From a bacterium UBA7470 (GTDB taxonomy: Bacteria > Pseudomonadota > Gammaproteobacteria > Burkholderiales > Burkholderiaceae_C): a stretch of 34,657 nt of DNA. Shown in pieces: positions 8,008 to 18,682 of the stretch; within the stretch, counting starts at the first letter, position 1, and every line of letters begins with the position of its first letter. Location of the stretch: assembly GCA_002479815.1 (NCBI GenBank), contig DLPA01000103.1, positions 595 through 35,251 on the forward strand. Reading direction: 5' to 3'. The translations under genes were made by a program, and so were the position numbers. The notes beneath the pieces are model-generated. The model had not been told where the DNA came from. It did no database searches and worked only from the letters and a program-made list of their open reading frames with translations.

Positions 8008-10194
8008 ATGACCATAGGCACCGATAGTTTGGAGCCGCCGCGTTTGTCTCGATGGTGGAATGAATGGGTGGAGTTGCTGTCCTCCATGCGTTTTGCCATC
8101 GCCTTGTTGACGGTGATTTGTATTGCTTCCGTCATTGGCACGGTGCTGAAACAACATGAACCGATCAACAATTACGTCAATCAGTTTGGCCCCTTTTGGT
8201 CAGAAGTGTTTGGGCGTTTTGGCCTGTACTCTGTGTACAGCGCATGGTGGTTTTTGGTGATTTTGGCGTTTTTGGTGGTCAGCACCAGCTTGTGCATTTT
8301 GCGCAATACCCCAAAAATTGTGGCTGATTTGAAGGCGTATAAAGAAAACATTCGCGCACAAAGTCTTCAAGCCTTTAAGCACAAAGCCGCTGGCGACTTG
8401 CCCCACGCACCGCAAGATGCTGCACAACAGATCGGGCAACTCTTGGCCTCGGGGGGGTGGAAGGTGCGCTTGCAGTCGCGTCCACAGCCGGATGGTTCTA
8501 CGGGCTGGATGGTGGCGGCCAAAGCAGGCGCGGCCAACAAATTGGGCTATATCGCCGCGCACAGCGCCATTGTCTTGGTGTGCATAGGCGGTTTGTTGGA
8601 CGGCGATTTGATCGTCCGCGCTCAAATGTGGCTCAACGGCAAAGAAATTTACAAAGGTGGTGGACTGATTTCTGAAGTACCCGCCCAGCATCGCTTATCC
8701 CCCACCAACCCCACGTTTCGCGGTAACTTGTTGGTGACAGAAGGCGCCACGGCTGGTACGGCCATTTTGAGTCAACCCACAGGCGTGTTGCTGCAAGATT
8801 TGCCGTTTTCTGTGGAGTTGAAAAAATTCATCGTCGAGTATTACTCCACAGGCATGCCCAAATTATTTGCCAGTGAGATCGTGATTCACGACCACGACAC
8901 GGGCGAAAAACGCGAAGCACGGGTCGAGGTGAATCATCCCGCCATTCATCGTGGTGTGGCGATTTACCAATCCAGTTTTGACGATGGTGGCTCTAGCGTC
9001 AAACTCAAAGCGGTGCCGATGGCGGCAAACACCAAGCCCTTCACGGTCGAAGGGGTCATTGGCGGTACGACCTCCTTGAGCAACGGCGATCAGAAGTTGA
9101 CGCTGGAATACACGGGCTTGCGCGTCATCAACGTCGAAAACTTCAGCGCGAACACCAACACCAATGCCAATGCCAATGGTGCGGATGTACGGGCAGTGGA
9201 TTTGACGCATTCCATTGAAAGCCGTTTGGGTGCGGCCAACAAAACGGTCACACCCAAAGACCTTCGCAACATCGGCCCCAGCATTTCCTACAAACTGCGT
9301 GATGCCGCCGGACAAGCCACCGAGTTCAACAACTACATGTTACCCGTGGAGATCGACGGCAACCGCGTATTTTTACTGGGTATGCGTGACACCACTGGCG
9401 AACCCTTCCGCTACCTGCGTGTGCCTGCGGATGAGCAAGACAGTATGGACGCTTGGCTGCGTTTGCGCGCCGCCTTGCAGGACGACGATTTGCGTCGTCT
9501 CGCCGTGTCTCGTTATGTCAAGTCGGCTGTGGAGCCGGGCAAACCAGAGTTAGAGCAGGCGCTGAGCGCCTCTGCACAACGTGCGCTTGATTTGTTTGCC
9601 GGCGTTGATCCGGCCTTGAAAGACATGGCAGCCAAGGCCACCACGGATTTGCCAGCACCGAGAGGCGGCTTGCAAGCCGTGTCCTTGTTCATGGAGTCCA
9701 ACGTGCCACCCGCCGAGCGTGAACGCGCCAGTGAAGTGCTGGTGCGCATCTTGAATGGTGCTTTGTTCGAGCTGAACCAAGTTGCCCGCGAGCGTGCAGG
9801 CTTAAAACCGCTGCCGCGTGACGAGGCTGCACGGTCTTTTACGACCCAAGCCGTATTGAGCCTCAGTGATGCGTTTTTTTACACCGCCCCTATGGCGTTT
9901 TTGATGCAGGACTTCACCCAAGTGCAAGCCAGCGTGTTTCAAGTGGCGCGTGCGCCGGGCAAAAACATTGTGTATTTGGGCTGTTTGTTTTTGATTTTGG
10001 GCGTATTTGCCATGCTGTACGTGCGTGAAAAACGCTTGTGGGTATGGATCACGTCTCAAAAAACGGCCATTGCCGAGCAAACAGGCAGTCATGCTCAAAT
10101 GGCTTTATCTTGTAACCGCAAGACGCTGGAAGTCGATCAAGAGTTTGAGCAACTGAAAACTCGCTTGCTCCTCCCCACATCTCACCTCAACTGA
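8008..10194 (+). CDS. resB: Cytochrome c biogenesis protein ResB/Ccs1 (system II)
   Basis: The N-terminus ...WWNEWVELLSSMRFAIALLTVICIASVIGTVLKQ is typical of ResB. It has a large periplasmic domain and a C-terminal TM helix, and is followed by ccsB. Confidence 0.9.
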   Translation: MTIGTDSLEPPRLSRWWNEWVELLSSMRFAIALLTVICIASVIGTVLKQHEPINNYVNQFGPFWSEVFGRFGLYSVYSAWWFLVILAFLVVSTSLCILRNTPKIVADLKAYKENIRAQSLQAFKHKAAGDLPHAPQDAAQQIGQLLASGGWKVRLQSRPQPDGSTGWMVAAKAGAANKLGYIAAHSAIVLVCIGGLLDGDLIVRAQMWLNGKEIYKGGGLISEVPAQHRLSPTNPTFRGNLLVTEGATAGTAILSQPTGVLLQDLPFSVELKKFIVEYYSTGMPKLFASEIVIHDHDTGEKREARVEVNHPAIHRGVAIYQSSFDDGGSSVKLKAVPMAANTKPFTVEGVIGGTTSLSNGDQKLTLEYTGLRVINVENFSANTNTNANANGADVRAVDLTHSIESRLGAANKTVTPKDLRNIGPSISYKLRDAAGQATEFNNYMLPVEIDGNRVFLLGMRDTTGEPFRYLRVPADEQDSMDAWLRLRAALQDDDLRRLAVSRYVKSAVEPGKPELEQALSASAQRALDLFAGVDPALKDMAAKATTDLPAPRGGLQAVSLFMESNVPPAERERASEVLVRILNGALFELNQVARERAGLKPLPRDEAARSFTTQAVLSLSDAFFYTAPMAFLMQDFTQVQASVFQVARAPGKNIVYLGCLFLILGVFAMLYVREKRLWVWITSQKTAIAEQTGSHAQMALSCNRKTLEVDQEFEQLKTRLLLPTSHLN

Positions 10195-10212
10195 CGCATC
10201 AAAGGACATCCG

Positions 10213-11589
10213 ATGAACACGCAGAGCTTGAATCAAGGCCGGGGCCATGCGGCCACCCAGTCTAGCCCTCAAACCATGACGCTCAATCCGGGGTTTTTCA
10301 GCCAACGCACGATGAGCGATTGGCTGTTTGCCGCCCTTTTGCTCATCGGTGCAGGCTGGGTGTTCTTCCGCTACGGGGCGGTGATGGACGTGTATGAAAC
10401 CAGCATTCTGGCGGGGACGGTGCCGGCCTTGATCTGGTTGGGGTGGTTTTGGCGACCGCTGCAAGCCTTGATGATCGGTGTGGCGGTATTGTCGCTGTGG
10501 GCGATTGCCACCTATCAAGTCGATGGCAAGGCGGATTTGGCACGCGCCGATCAAGCCTTCATCTTGAAGTATTTTTTATCAAGCCAATCCGCAATTTTGT
10601 GGATGAGTATGCTCTTTTTTATGAGTACGGTGTTTTACTGGTTGGGGGTGTTTTCACGTCAACACGCCCCCACAATGGAGGCGCTAGGCTCTAAAGTGGC
10701 GTGGGCGGGCGTGGTGCTGGCCTTGGTGGGCACGATGGTGCGCTGGTACGAAGGTCACCAAATGGGGCCCGACATCGGCCACATCCCCGTCAGCAATTTG
10801 TACGAAGTCTTTGTGCTGTTTTGTTGGATGACGGCGCTGTTTTACCTGTATTACGAGGCCATTTACAAGACCCGTGCTTTGGGGTCGTTTGTCATGCTGG
10901 TGGTCAGTGCGGCGGTGGGTTTTTTGCTGTGGTACACCGTGGTGCGCGAAGCGCATCAAATTCAGCCCTTGATTCCGGCCCTGCAAAGCTGGTGGATGAA
11001 AATTCATGTACCCGCCAACTTTGTCGGCTATGGCACCTTTGCCATTGCTGCGATGGTGGCCTTCGCTTACCTCATCAAACAAAGCGCCAGCGAAACCCGC
11101 TGGTACAAGTTGGCCCCGCTGTGGTTGCTGGGCGTGGTGCTGTGTTTTGAACCGATTGTGTTCCGACAAGGCAAAACCGAGCAAAGCAGCAGCTACTGGT
11201 TCATCTACTTTGGCATCTCAGCCCTGATCGTGGCGGGGGTGTTGAGCATACGCCAACGCTTGGCCGAGCGCCTGCCCAGCTTTGAGGTGCTGGACGATGT
11301 GATGTACAAAGCCATCGCCATCGGCTTTGCCTTTTTCACCATCGCCACGGTGTTGGGCGCACTGTGGGCAGCGGATGCGTGGGGCGGCTATTGGAGCTGG
11401 GACCCCAAAGAAACCTGGGCTTTGATCGTGTGGTTGAACTACGCCGCGTGGCTGCACATGCGTCTGATGAAGGGCTTGCGCGGCACGGTGTCGGCGTGGT
11501 GGGCCTTGATCGGCTTGGCGATCACGACGTTTGCTTTCCTCGGCGTGAATATGTTTTTGTCTGGTTTGCACAGCTATGGCAGTTTGTAA
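10213..11589 (+). CDS. ccsB: Cytochrome c-type biogenesis protein CcsB/ResC (system II haem handling)
   Basis: Polytopic membrane protein with the tryptophan-rich WWD motif WGGYWSWDPKETWALIVW. AAAGGA lies 7 nt upstream of ATG 10213. A later start cannot be excluded. Confidence 0.9.
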   Translation: MNTQSLNQGRGHAATQSSPQTMTLNPGFFSQRTMSDWLFAALLLIGAGWVFFRYGAVMDVYETSILAGTVPALIWLGWFWRPLQALMIGVAVLSLWAIATYQVDGKADLARADQAFILKYFLSSQSAILWMSMLFFMSTVFYWLGVFSRQHAPTMEALGSKVAWAGVVLALVGTMVRWYEGHQMGPDIGHIPVSNLYEVFVLFCWMTALFYLYYEAIYKTRALGSFVMLVVSAAVGFLLWYTVVREAHQIQPLIPALQSWWMKIHVPANFVGYGTFAIAAMVAFAYLIKQSASETRWYKLAPLWLLGVVLCFEPIVFRQGKTEQSSSYWFIYFGISALIVAGVLSIRQRLAERLPSFEVLDDVMYKAIAIGFAFFTIATVLGALWAADAWGGYWSWDPKETWALIVWLNYAAWLHMRLMKGLRGTVSAWWALIGLAITTFAFLGVNMFLSGLHSYGSL

Positions 11590-11592
11590 GTT

Positions 11593-11848
11593 AGCAAAAA
11601 GCATAGTAAAAAATGTGAGCTTTTTACGCAAGTAATACGTGGCTTACAGCCGATATGTATCTTAAAAAAGACTGTTATTCTTAAAAAACAGTCCCCTGAA
11701 TGAACAAAAAGCCCGTTTTCTAAGGCAGAAAACGGGCTTTTTTACTGTTTTTTTATGGTTTTAGGTCATTTATTTTGAATGAAATAAGCTGTAAGACACG
11801 TATTTCCTGCGTGAGCAGCTCACTTTTTTTACTATCTTTTTCTGTGCT
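11593..11848. repeat. Palindromic MITE-like intergenic element, copy 1
   Basis: The 48-nt left arm (11603-11650) matches the reverse complement of 11788-11835 at 41/48 positions. A terminator hairpin sits at the centre. The element is homologous to the one at 30795-31040. Confidence 0.7.
11706..11743. terminator. Bidirectional terminator at the apex of repeat copy 1 (serves ccsB and lysA)
   Basis: AGCCCGTTTTC (11710-11720) pairs with GAAAACGGGCT (11728-11738), loop TAAGGCA. It is flanked by an A-run and a T-run and lies between convergent genes. Confidence 0.8.
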
Positions 11849-11866
11849 GTTTGAGGGCAGAGAGTC

Positions 11867-13171
11867 TCAGGCCGCTGAGGTCGCTGAGGGCAATAAATGC
11901 TCGCGTTGCCACAGGTCGCTCAAGGGTTCGCGTTGCCGGATGAGGTGCGTTTGACCTTCGGCAATCATCAGTTCAGCTGCACGGCTTCGGGTGTTGTAGT
12001 TGCTGGACATGCTCATGCAGTAAGCGCCTGCCGACAAGACGGCCAAGTAATCGCCCGATTGCACAGTGAGGCTGCGGTCGCGGCCCAGCCAATCGCCGCT
12101 TTCGCAGACGGGGCCTACCACGTCATACATCGCAGCGCCACGGGCGCGAGGCTGCACTTCAACGATGCGGTGGTAGGCCTCGTACATGGCTGGGCGTGGC
12201 AAGTCGTTCATGGCGGCATCGACGATGCAGAAGTTTTTGTGTTCGCCGTCTTTGAGGTAGAGCACTTCGGTGAGGCATACGCCGGCGTTGCCTACCAGCG
12301 AGCGCCCGGGTTCGATCATGAAATGGCGTTGACCAAAACCGCGCGCATCCAAACGCGCAAAAAGCGACTGCCACAACTCGTTGGCGCGGGGCGGCGTGTC
12401 GCCTTGGTAGTCGATGCCTAAACCACCGCCAAAGTCGATGTGCGCCAAGGCGATACCGGCGGTTTCTATGGCAAGGACCAAATCCAAAATGCGATCCATC
12501 GCATCCAGATAAGGCTCGACTTCGGTGATTTGTGAACCGATGTGGCAATCAATCCCCACCACACGCAAGCCCGGCAATTGCGCCGCACGTTGGTAGGTCT
12601 GGAGCACTTCCTCGTGGGCAATCCCAAATTTATTGCCTTTTAAGCCCGTCGAGATGTAGGGGTGGGTTTTGGCATCGACGTTGGGGTTGACACGTAGGCT
12701 GATGGGGGCTTGCGTGCCCATCGCCAGCGCCACTTCGTTCAATACGTTCAATTCAGCGACACTTTCCACGTTGAAGCAGCCAATGCCCACTTGCAATGCA
12801 CGACGCATCTCGGCGCGGGTTTTGCCCACGCCAGAAAAAATGATGCGATTCGGTGCAGCGCCAACGGCCAAAGCGCGTTCCAATTCGCCGCCAGACACGA
12901 TGTCAAAACCACAGCCTGCTTGCGCAAAGACCTGCAAAACCGCCAGCGATGAATTGGCTTTCATGGCGTAGCAAATGGAGACTTGGCGGCCTTCAAAACC
13001 TGCTTGGTATGCAGTCAGCGCGTCCTGCATGGCTGATTTTGAATAGACAAACAAGGGCGTTTGATGTTGCTGTGCCAAGGGCGCGAGGGCAACGCCATCA
13101 AGCGCCAGCCCATCGGCGGTGTAGCTCAAATGGCTGTTCAAGGGGAGGGCAGAAATAGAGGTGCTGTTCAT
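11867..13171 (-). CDS. lysA: Diaminopimelate decarboxylase
   Basis: PLP-lysine motif YAMKAN, GGGLGI, and the CESGD active-site block. Start MNSTSISALP at 13171; the track ORF extends to 13306 across the lptM gene. Confidence 0.95.
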   Translation of the reverse strand: MNSTSISALPLNSHLSYTADGLALDGVALAPLAQQHQTPLFVYSKSAMQDALTAYQAGFEGRQVSICYAMKANSSLAVLQVFAQAGCGFDIVSGGELERALAVGAAPNRIIFSGVGKTRAEMRRALQVGIGCFNVESVAELNVLNEVALAMGTQAPISLRVNPNVDAKTHPYISTGLKGNKFGIAHEEVLQTYQRAAQLPGLRVVGIDCHIGSQITEVEPYLDAMDRILDLVLAIETAGIALAHIDFGGGLGIDYQGDTPPRANELWQSLFARLDARGFGQRHFMIEPGRSLVGNAGVCLTEVLYLKDGEHKNFCIVDAAMNDLPRPAMYEAYHRIVEVQPRARGAAMYDVVGPVCESGDWLGRDRSLTVQSGDYLAVLSAGAYCMSMSSNYNTRSRAAELMIAEGQTHLIRQREPLSDLWQREHLLPSATSAA

Positions 13172-13182
13172 GGCGGTACAAA

Positions 13183-13398
13183 TCAAGGTCTGGCGGTGGA
13201 GGTGGTCGCTGAGGGGGGGCTGGCGTTGGTTTTTGCGTTGGTGCTTGTGCTGGCGTTCGCACCGGTGCCTGTGCTGGGTAAGGTCAGCGGGCCTTTTTGA
13301 CCACAAGCGCCGATCAATAGCCCTGTGCTCAGCACACTTAAGGCGAACGCGCTTTTGAGGGGCGTGCGCAGTCGCCCTAGAATCGTCTGAGACATCAT
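13183..13398 (-). CDS. lptM: Small LptM/YifL-like lipoprotein
   Basis: Lipobox IGA|C followed by the GQKGPLTLP motif that characterises YifL/LptM, then a low-complexity Thr/Ser/Ala tail. It lies immediately upstream of lysA, as in many beta/gammaproteobacteria. The start is ambiguous (13410, 13398 or 13395). Confidence 0.75.
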   Translation of the reverse strand: MMSQTILGRLRTPLKSAFALSVLSTGLLIGACGQKGPLTLPSTGTGANASTSTNAKTNASPPSATTSTARP

Positions 13399-13433
13399 CT
13401 TAAAAACCATTTAAAAACTGTTTGGAAACGGGT

Positions 13434-13763
13434 ATGACGGACAAAGAGTATTTGGAGCAAGCGGAAGCCGCCCTCAAAGCGATTGAGTTGGCGTGTGATC
13501 GCATCAATGAGGAAACGGAGGTTGATCTGGACAACCAACGTGTGGGGGGGATGGTCACGCTGACCTTCGCTGATCGTTCGCAAATTGTCATCAATCTTCA
13601 AAAACCTTTGCATGAGATTTGGGTTGCAGCAAGGCGTGGCGGTTATCACTTTCGGTGGGAGGCCACGCAATGGCGGGATACCAAAGGCGCTGGAGAACTG
13701 TTTGCGTTGCTCAGCAGTGTGGCTTCAGAGCAAGCGCACAGCTCTCTTGTGTTTACTGCCTGA
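13434..13763 (+). CDS. cyaY: Frataxin-like iron donor CyaY
   Basis: [14 protein letters not shown]...[16 protein letters not shown]...[26 protein letters not shown] is a typical CyaY sequence. A TTG at 13422 is an alternative start. Confidence 0.9.
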   Translation: MTDKEYLEQAEAALKAIELACDRINEETEVDLDNQRVGGMVTLTFADRSQIVINLQKPLHEIWVAARRGGYHFRWEATQWRDTKGAGELFALLSSVASEQAHSSLVFTA

Positions 13764-16134
13764 ACAAGTCAATAATGCCCTTGCGTTCGTCGGGGACGAC
13801 GGGTGTCGCTGGACTGTGTGTGTCTTCTGCCCCTGCTGCATCCAAGGCTTGATCGAAACCTAAGCGATCAACTGCGCCATGCTCGTATTCGGCGTAACGC
13901 CAATCACCGGCTTGAACCACACTGTCTGGGCGAGACATTTCCACCACAGGGGTTTGTTTGAGCGCCTCCTGCATATAGCTGATCCAAATCGGGAGACTCA
14001 GCCCCCCGCCTGTTTCGCGGCTGCCTAAGTTTTTGGGGTTGTCATACCCCACCCAAACCGCAGCGACCACCGTCGGGTGATAGCCTACAAACCAAGCATC
14101 CATGGCATCGTTGGTGGTGCCGGTTTTACCGTACAAATCAGGACGTTTGAGTGTGGCTTGTGCTCGTGCGGCCGTGCCTGATCGAGTGATTTCTTGCAAC
14201 AAACTACCCATGACGAAGGCGTTGCGCTCCTCCAATACGCGCTGTGCTTCGGTGTAATTTTGCGGGGGAGCCTCAAGGATGACGTTGCCCTGATGGTCTG
14301 TAATCCGGCTGATGAGCATGGGGGGTACCAAGTGCCCTCCTGTGGCAAACACGCCATAGGCAGAGGCCATCTGCAAAGGTGTGACCACGCCAGCACCCAA
14401 GGCCATGGTCAAATAAGGAGGATGCTTGTTGGAGTCAAATCCAAAGCGACTCACCCATTGTTGAGCACTGTGCGCTCCGACTGTTTGCAAGATGCGAATC
14501 GACACCATGTTCTTGGACTTTGCCAATGCGGTTCGCACCGACATGGCACCCTCAAATTTACCGTCATAGTTTTTGGGCTCCCAAGGCTTGCCGCCGGTTT
14601 CTGCTGCACTAAAAAACAGGGGGCTGTCGTCCACCACGGTGGCCGGATGGACTCCTTTTTCAAGGGCAGCAGAATAGATAAAAGGCTTGAAGCTAGAACC
14701 CGGTTGTCGCCAGGCTTGGGTGGCGTGGTTGAACTTGTTTTTCTGGAAATCAAATCCACCTACCAGCGCCCTGATAGAGCCATTGCGTGGGTCTAAAGCA
14801 ACAAAGGCCCCTTCTACTTCGGGCAGTTGGGTGATGTCCCATCCGTGTTTTGCATTTTTAATGATCCGCACAATCGCACCCCGACGCAGCTTGATCTGTG
14901 GGGGTGCTTTTTCTGCCAAGCCTGATTGAACGGGTTTGAGTCCTTCTCCGGTGATCTCTACCGTTTTGGCATCTTGACGCATCACCAGCACACGCTTGGC
15001 AGAGGCTTCTAGTACCACTGCCGCGAGTACATCCCCGTTATCAGGGTATTCCGCCAAAAGCTCATCAACGTTTTCTTCTAATGCAGTGTTCTCACTGGGA
15101 ATGACAATGAACTTTTCAGGGCCACGATAGACTTGCCGACGTTCAAAATCCATCAGCCCTTGTCGCAGTGCTCGATACGCCGCCTGTTGTTCTGTACTGC
15201 GTATGGTGGTGGTAACGTTTAAACCGCGTGTGTAGGCTTCATCTCCGTATTGACTGAAAACGGCTTGACGCACCATCTCCGCCACATAGTCCCCTCGCAC
15301 CCGTTCTGCTGGCTGGCTGGTCTTCAATTTGAGGGGCGTATTTTTTGCTGTCTCTGCGTCACTAGATTTGATAAACCCATTCTCAACCATCCGATCAATG
15401 ATGTAGTGCTGGCGGATTTTGGCGCGTTGTGGATTACTGAAGGGATTGAAAGCCGAGGGTGCTTTCGGTAAACCTGCAAGCATGGCCGCCTCAGAAATGC
15501 TGACATCTTTGAGTTGCTTGCCAAAATAAATTTGCGATGCTGCGGCAAACCCATAGGCTCGATGGCCCAGAAAAATCTGGTTCATGTAGATTTCTAAAAT
15601 CTGATCTTTGCTGAGTTGATGTTCTAACTTAAAAGTGAGAAGGATTTCGTACAGCTTGCGGGTGTATGTTTTTTCGGCGCTCAGATACACGTTCCTTGCC
15701 ACCTGCATACTGATCGTGGACGCGCCTTGGCTTTTGGCTCTACCGAAATTCGCCAAAGCAGCGCGAATCATGCCCAGATAATCCACGCCATGATGGTCGA
15801 AAAATCTGGCATCTTCTGCAGCGAGAACGGCCTGCTTCATGACATCAGGAATATCCGTAATTGCAGTAAATTCCCTGCGTTCTTCGCCGAACTCGGCCAG
15901 CATTTCGCCCTCTGCAGAAAATACCCTTAAAGGCAATTTCGGCCGGTATGCCAGAAGGTTAGAAACGTCTGGAAGATTGGGGTATGTGGCTGCAAAAACG
16001 AGTCCAACGGTCAGCAAACCGATCCCGATGAGCGACATTCCAAGGGCCACCAGCGTTGCCATCCACTTCACGAGTGTTTTGATGGCCGATGGTTTGCGTG
16101 GTGCATCAGTTGTCGGGGATGTATATTCCGCCAT
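13753..16134 (-). CDS. mrcA: Penicillin-binding protein 1A (bifunctional transglycosylase/transpeptidase)
   Basis: Glycosyltransferase motifs [12 protein letters not shown] and RKLYE. Transpeptidase motifs SSFKP (SxxK) and KTGTTND (KTG). Start MAEYTS at 16134; the GTG at 16200 used by the track has no SD. The 3' end overlaps the cyaY 3' end by 11 nt. Confidence 0.93.
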   Translation of the reverse strand: MAEYTSPTTDAPRKPSAIKTLVKWMATLVALGMSLIGIGLLTVGLVFAATYPNLPDVSNLLAYRPKLPLRVFSAEGEMLAEFGEERREFTAITDIPDVMKQAVLAAEDARFFDHHGVDYLGMIRAALANFGRAKSQGASTISMQVARNVYLSAEKTYTRKLYEILLTFKLEHQLSKDQILEIYMNQIFLGHRAYGFAAASQIYFGKQLKDVSISEAAMLAGLPKAPSAFNPFSNPQRAKIRQHYIIDRMVENGFIKSSDAETAKNTPLKLKTSQPAERVRGDYVAEMVRQAVFSQYGDEAYTRGLNVTTTIRSTEQQAAYRALRQGLMDFERRQVYRGPEKFIVIPSENTALEENVDELLAEYPDNGDVLAAVVLEASAKRVLVMRQDAKTVEITGEGLKPVQSGLAEKAPPQIKLRRGAIVRIIKNAKHGWDITQLPEVEGAFVALDPRNGSIRALVGGFDFQKNKFNHATQAWRQPGSSFKPFIYSAALEKGVHPATVVDDSPLFFSAAETGGKPWEPKNYDGKFEGAMSVRTALAKSKNMVSIRILQTVGAHSAQQWVSRFGFDSNKHPPYLTMALGAGVVTPLQMASAYGVFATGGHLVPPMLISRITDHQGNVILEAPPQNYTEAQRVLEERNAFVMGSLLQEITRSGTAARAQATLKRPDLYGKTGTTNDAMDAWFVGYHPTVVAAVWVGYDNPKNLGSRETGGGLSLPIWISYMQEALKQTPVVEMSRPDSVVQAGDWRYAEYEHGAVDRLGFDQALDAAGAEDTHSPATPVVPDERKGIIDLFRQ

Positions 16135-16322
16135 GTGAACCTTGGTTGTGAAGTGAGCAAGATGTCGATTATAAAAATCCTTATCTGAGAGAGAACGCAC
16201 AGAAATCAGGCATCATCGCCCCATCAGTCAGATATAGTTTTGCTAAGCTGTGGGTCTGCTGCTAGCATAGATGCTCACCCAAACAGCAGTAAGGCTATTC
16301 AACGTTTTTTGCCGAGGTCGTC

Positions 16323-17402
16323 TTGGAATTTCTAAACTCTTTGCTGAGTCGTCAACCAGCATCTCTGATGGGGGTTGATATCAGTGCATCTAGTATCAAA
16401 GTTGTAGAACTGGGTCGAACCCGAACAGGCGATTTGATACTGGAGCGTTGTGCGATGGAGCCCTTAGAGAAAGGGTGGGTCGTTGACGGAAACGTCGAAA
16501 AGTTTGATGAAGTAGCAGATGCGTTGAGAAGAGTGATCCGTAAGTCTGGCAGCAAAACAAAGTCTGCAGCCCTTGCGTTGCCCGCTTCTGCTGTGATCAC
16601 GAGAAGAATCTTATTGCCTGCTGAATTGTCTGGGGACGAGATGGAAACTCAGGTTGAATCTGAGGCGAACCAGTACATTCCATTTTCGTTGGACGAGGTG
16701 AGCCTTGACTACTGTGTGATTGGCCCCAGTCTTTCGTCCCCCAGTGACGTTGAGGTTTTGATTGCTGCATCCAGAAAAGAAAAGGTACAGGACAGGCAAG
16801 GACTGGCAGAGGCAGCAGGACTCAAGCCAATCATCATTGATATTGAGTCCTATGCTTCTCGCCTTGCTGCTGATCGTTTGATCAAGCTGACCCCTTCTGC
16901 AGGCAAAGATGCTTTGATTGCGCTGGTTGAGATTGGCTCAGCTACCACAGCAATGCAGGTCGTCTTGAATGGGGATGTGGTGTATGAGCGCGACCAAGCG
17001 TTTGGTGGTGGACAGTTGTCACAAATGATCGCGCGTCAGTACGGGTTTTCAGTCGAAGAAGCCGAATCTAAAAAAAGAAACAACGACCTCCCCGAAGATT
17101 ATGAGACGGTTGTGCTGCCTCAATTCAGACTGAATCTGGCACAAGAAATCATGCGTGCGTTGCAGTTCTTTTTTACTAGCACGCCGAATAGCAAAGTAGA
17201 CAATATTTTACTGGCCGGAGGCGCAGCGGGTATTCTTGGCCTGTCAGAAGAAATCCATGAGCAATCTGGATTTGCTTGTTCAGTGGCCAATCCTTTTGAA
17301 GGTATGGATATCAGCGCAAACTTGCGAGCGAATAAAATCAATAAGGAGAGTACGTCTTATTTAACTGCAACTGGCTTGGCTTTGCGTAGGTATCTGGCAT
17401 GA
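16323..17402 (+). CDS. pilM: Type IV pilus assembly protein PilM (actin-like ATPase fold)
   Basis: LMGVDISASSIKVVEL is an N-terminal PilM-type motif. Size is 359 aa and it is the first gene of a pilMNOPQ array. TTG start at 16323 with GAGG 5 nt upstream; ATG 16368 is an alternative. Confidence 0.88.
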   Translation: MEFLNSLLSRQPASLMGVDISASSIKVVELGRTRTGDLILERCAMEPLEKGWVVDGNVEKFDEVADALRRVIRKSGSKTKSAALALPASAVITRRILLPAELSGDEMETQVESEANQYIPFSLDEVSLDYCVIGPSLSSPSDVEVLIAASRKEKVQDRQGLAEAAGLKPIIIDIESYASRLAADRLIKLTPSAGKDALIALVEIGSATTAMQVVLNGDVVYERDQAFGGGQLSQMIARQYGFSVEEAESKKRNNDLPEDYETVVLPQFRLNLAQEIMRALQFFFTSTPNSKVDNILLAGGAAGILGLSEEIHEQSGFACSVANPFEGMDISANLRANKINKESTSYLTATGLALRRYLA

Positions 17403-17995
17403 TATTAATCAATTTACTTCCACACAGAGAAGCTGCAAAGAAGCGCAGAAAAGAGCAGTTCTTTGTGATGCTTGCTGCAGCTGCTTGTGCTGGATTGCTG
17501 CTTGCGTTCTTGTACAGCTATTATTTGTCGATCCAAATTGATACTCAGAAAATGAGAAATCAAATGTTGGTTGATGAAACCAAAAAACTTGAATTACAAA
17601 TCAAGGACATTGCAACTTTACAGACAGAGATGGCAGCTTTGAAGGCCCGGCAGCAAGCAGTAGAAGACCTACAAGCCGATAGAAATCTCCCCGTACATAT
17701 ACTTTCAGACTTGGCTGCGTTCATACCAGAAGGAATTCACTTGACCTCGCTCAAGCAAGCGGGTTTATCACTGACACTGACAGGTATGGCGCAGTCACAA
17801 GAGCGTGTTTCTGAGTTGCTGCGTAATTTTTCTGGGAAAAGCCCATGGTTGACAAAGCCTGAGCTGGTCGAAATTATTTCTACTCCTGTTTCTTCAAATG
17901 TAAAAGATCAGAAAAAGAAAGTATTTAGTTTTCAGTTAAAACTCACGATTTCTCGGCAAAAAGATGCCGCCGAAACTACAAACGCTGTGAAGTGA
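17399..17995 (+). CDS. pilN: Type IV pilus assembly protein PilN
   Basis: The conserved N-terminus INLLPHRE binds PilM. There is a single TM helix and a coiled coil. The start overlaps the pilM stop (ATGA). Confidence 0.9.
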   Translation: MILINLLPHREAAKKRRKEQFFVMLAAAACAGLLLAFLYSYYLSIQIDTQKMRNQMLVDETKKLELQIKDIATLQTEMAALKARQQAVEDLQADRNLPVHILSDLAAFIPEGIHLTSLKQAGLSLTLTGMAQSQERVSELLRNFSGKSPWLTKPELVEIISTPVSSNVKDQKKKVFSFQLKLTISRQKDAAETTNAVK

Positions 17996-18001
17996 TGTCA
18001 A

Positions 18002-18682
18002 ATGATGGATATCAAAAATAAAAAAATTGACCCTAAAGCACTTGTTTTAGATATTCAAAGTCAATTCAAAGGACTCAACCCAAACGATCCATCGAGATGG
18101 CCCACATTTCCAAAAGCTTTTTTACTCTTAGGCGTGTCGTCCTTGGTGATAGTCGCACTTTGGTTTTTTTGGCTTTCAACACTACAAGATGAATTGGCTG
18201 CAGAATCAGCGAACGAGCAAACGTTAAAAGAAACTTATAAAACAAAGCTTGGGCAAGCAATCAACTTGGATGAACTAAAGCGGCAACTGGAGCAAGTCAA
18301 GCAGTATGTCAATCAACTGGAAAAGCAGTTGCCAAGTAAGGCAGAAATGGATGCGCTCTTGTCTGATATTAACCAGGCCGGTGTAGAAAGAAATCTACAA
18401 TTTGAACATTTCAAACCCGGCCAGGTGATTGTGAAAGAATATTACGCTGAATTACCCATTGCGCTCAAGATATCAGGCTCATATCATGATATGGGTAAAT
18501 TTGCATCCGACATCGCTCACTTTTCACGTATCGTCACATTCGGTGATGCGTCCATCACTCCATTGTCTAAAGATAAAACACAATTACTGACACTAGAGGG
18601 AGTTGCCAGAACATATCGCTACCTAGACCCTGATGAGGTTGCAGTGCAGAAAAAAGCGTTATCGGCTGGAGGCAAAAAATAA
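18002..18682 (+). CDS. pilO: Type IV pilus assembly protein PilO
   Basis: Single TM helix, coiled coil, and a C-terminal ferredoxin-like region (YYAELPIALKISGSYHDMGKFASDIA). Its position is between pilN and pilP. Confidence 0.88.
   Translation: MMDIKNKKIDPKALVLDIQSQFKGLNPNDPSRWPTFPKAFLLLGVSSLVIVALWFFWLSTLQDELAAESANEQTLKETYKTKLGQAINLDELKRQLEQVKQYVNQLEKQLPSKAEMDALLSDINQAGVERNLQFEHFKPGQVIVKEYYAELPIALKISGSYHDMGKFASDIAHFSRIVTFGDASITPLSKDKTQLLTLEGVARTYRYLDPDEVAVQKKALSAGGKK

Noticed and set aside
13395-13670. Minus-strand ORFs of 91 and 64 aa antisense to cyaY.
   Set aside because: They lie completely inside the well-conserved cyaY frame and have no start context or motifs. One of them merely extends the lptM upstream region.
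13753-13763. 11-nt overlap of the convergent 3' ends of cyaY and mrcA.
   Set aside because: The overlap is real in the sequence, but short convergent overlaps are common in compact genomes. I saw no extra structure, so it is noted only as context.
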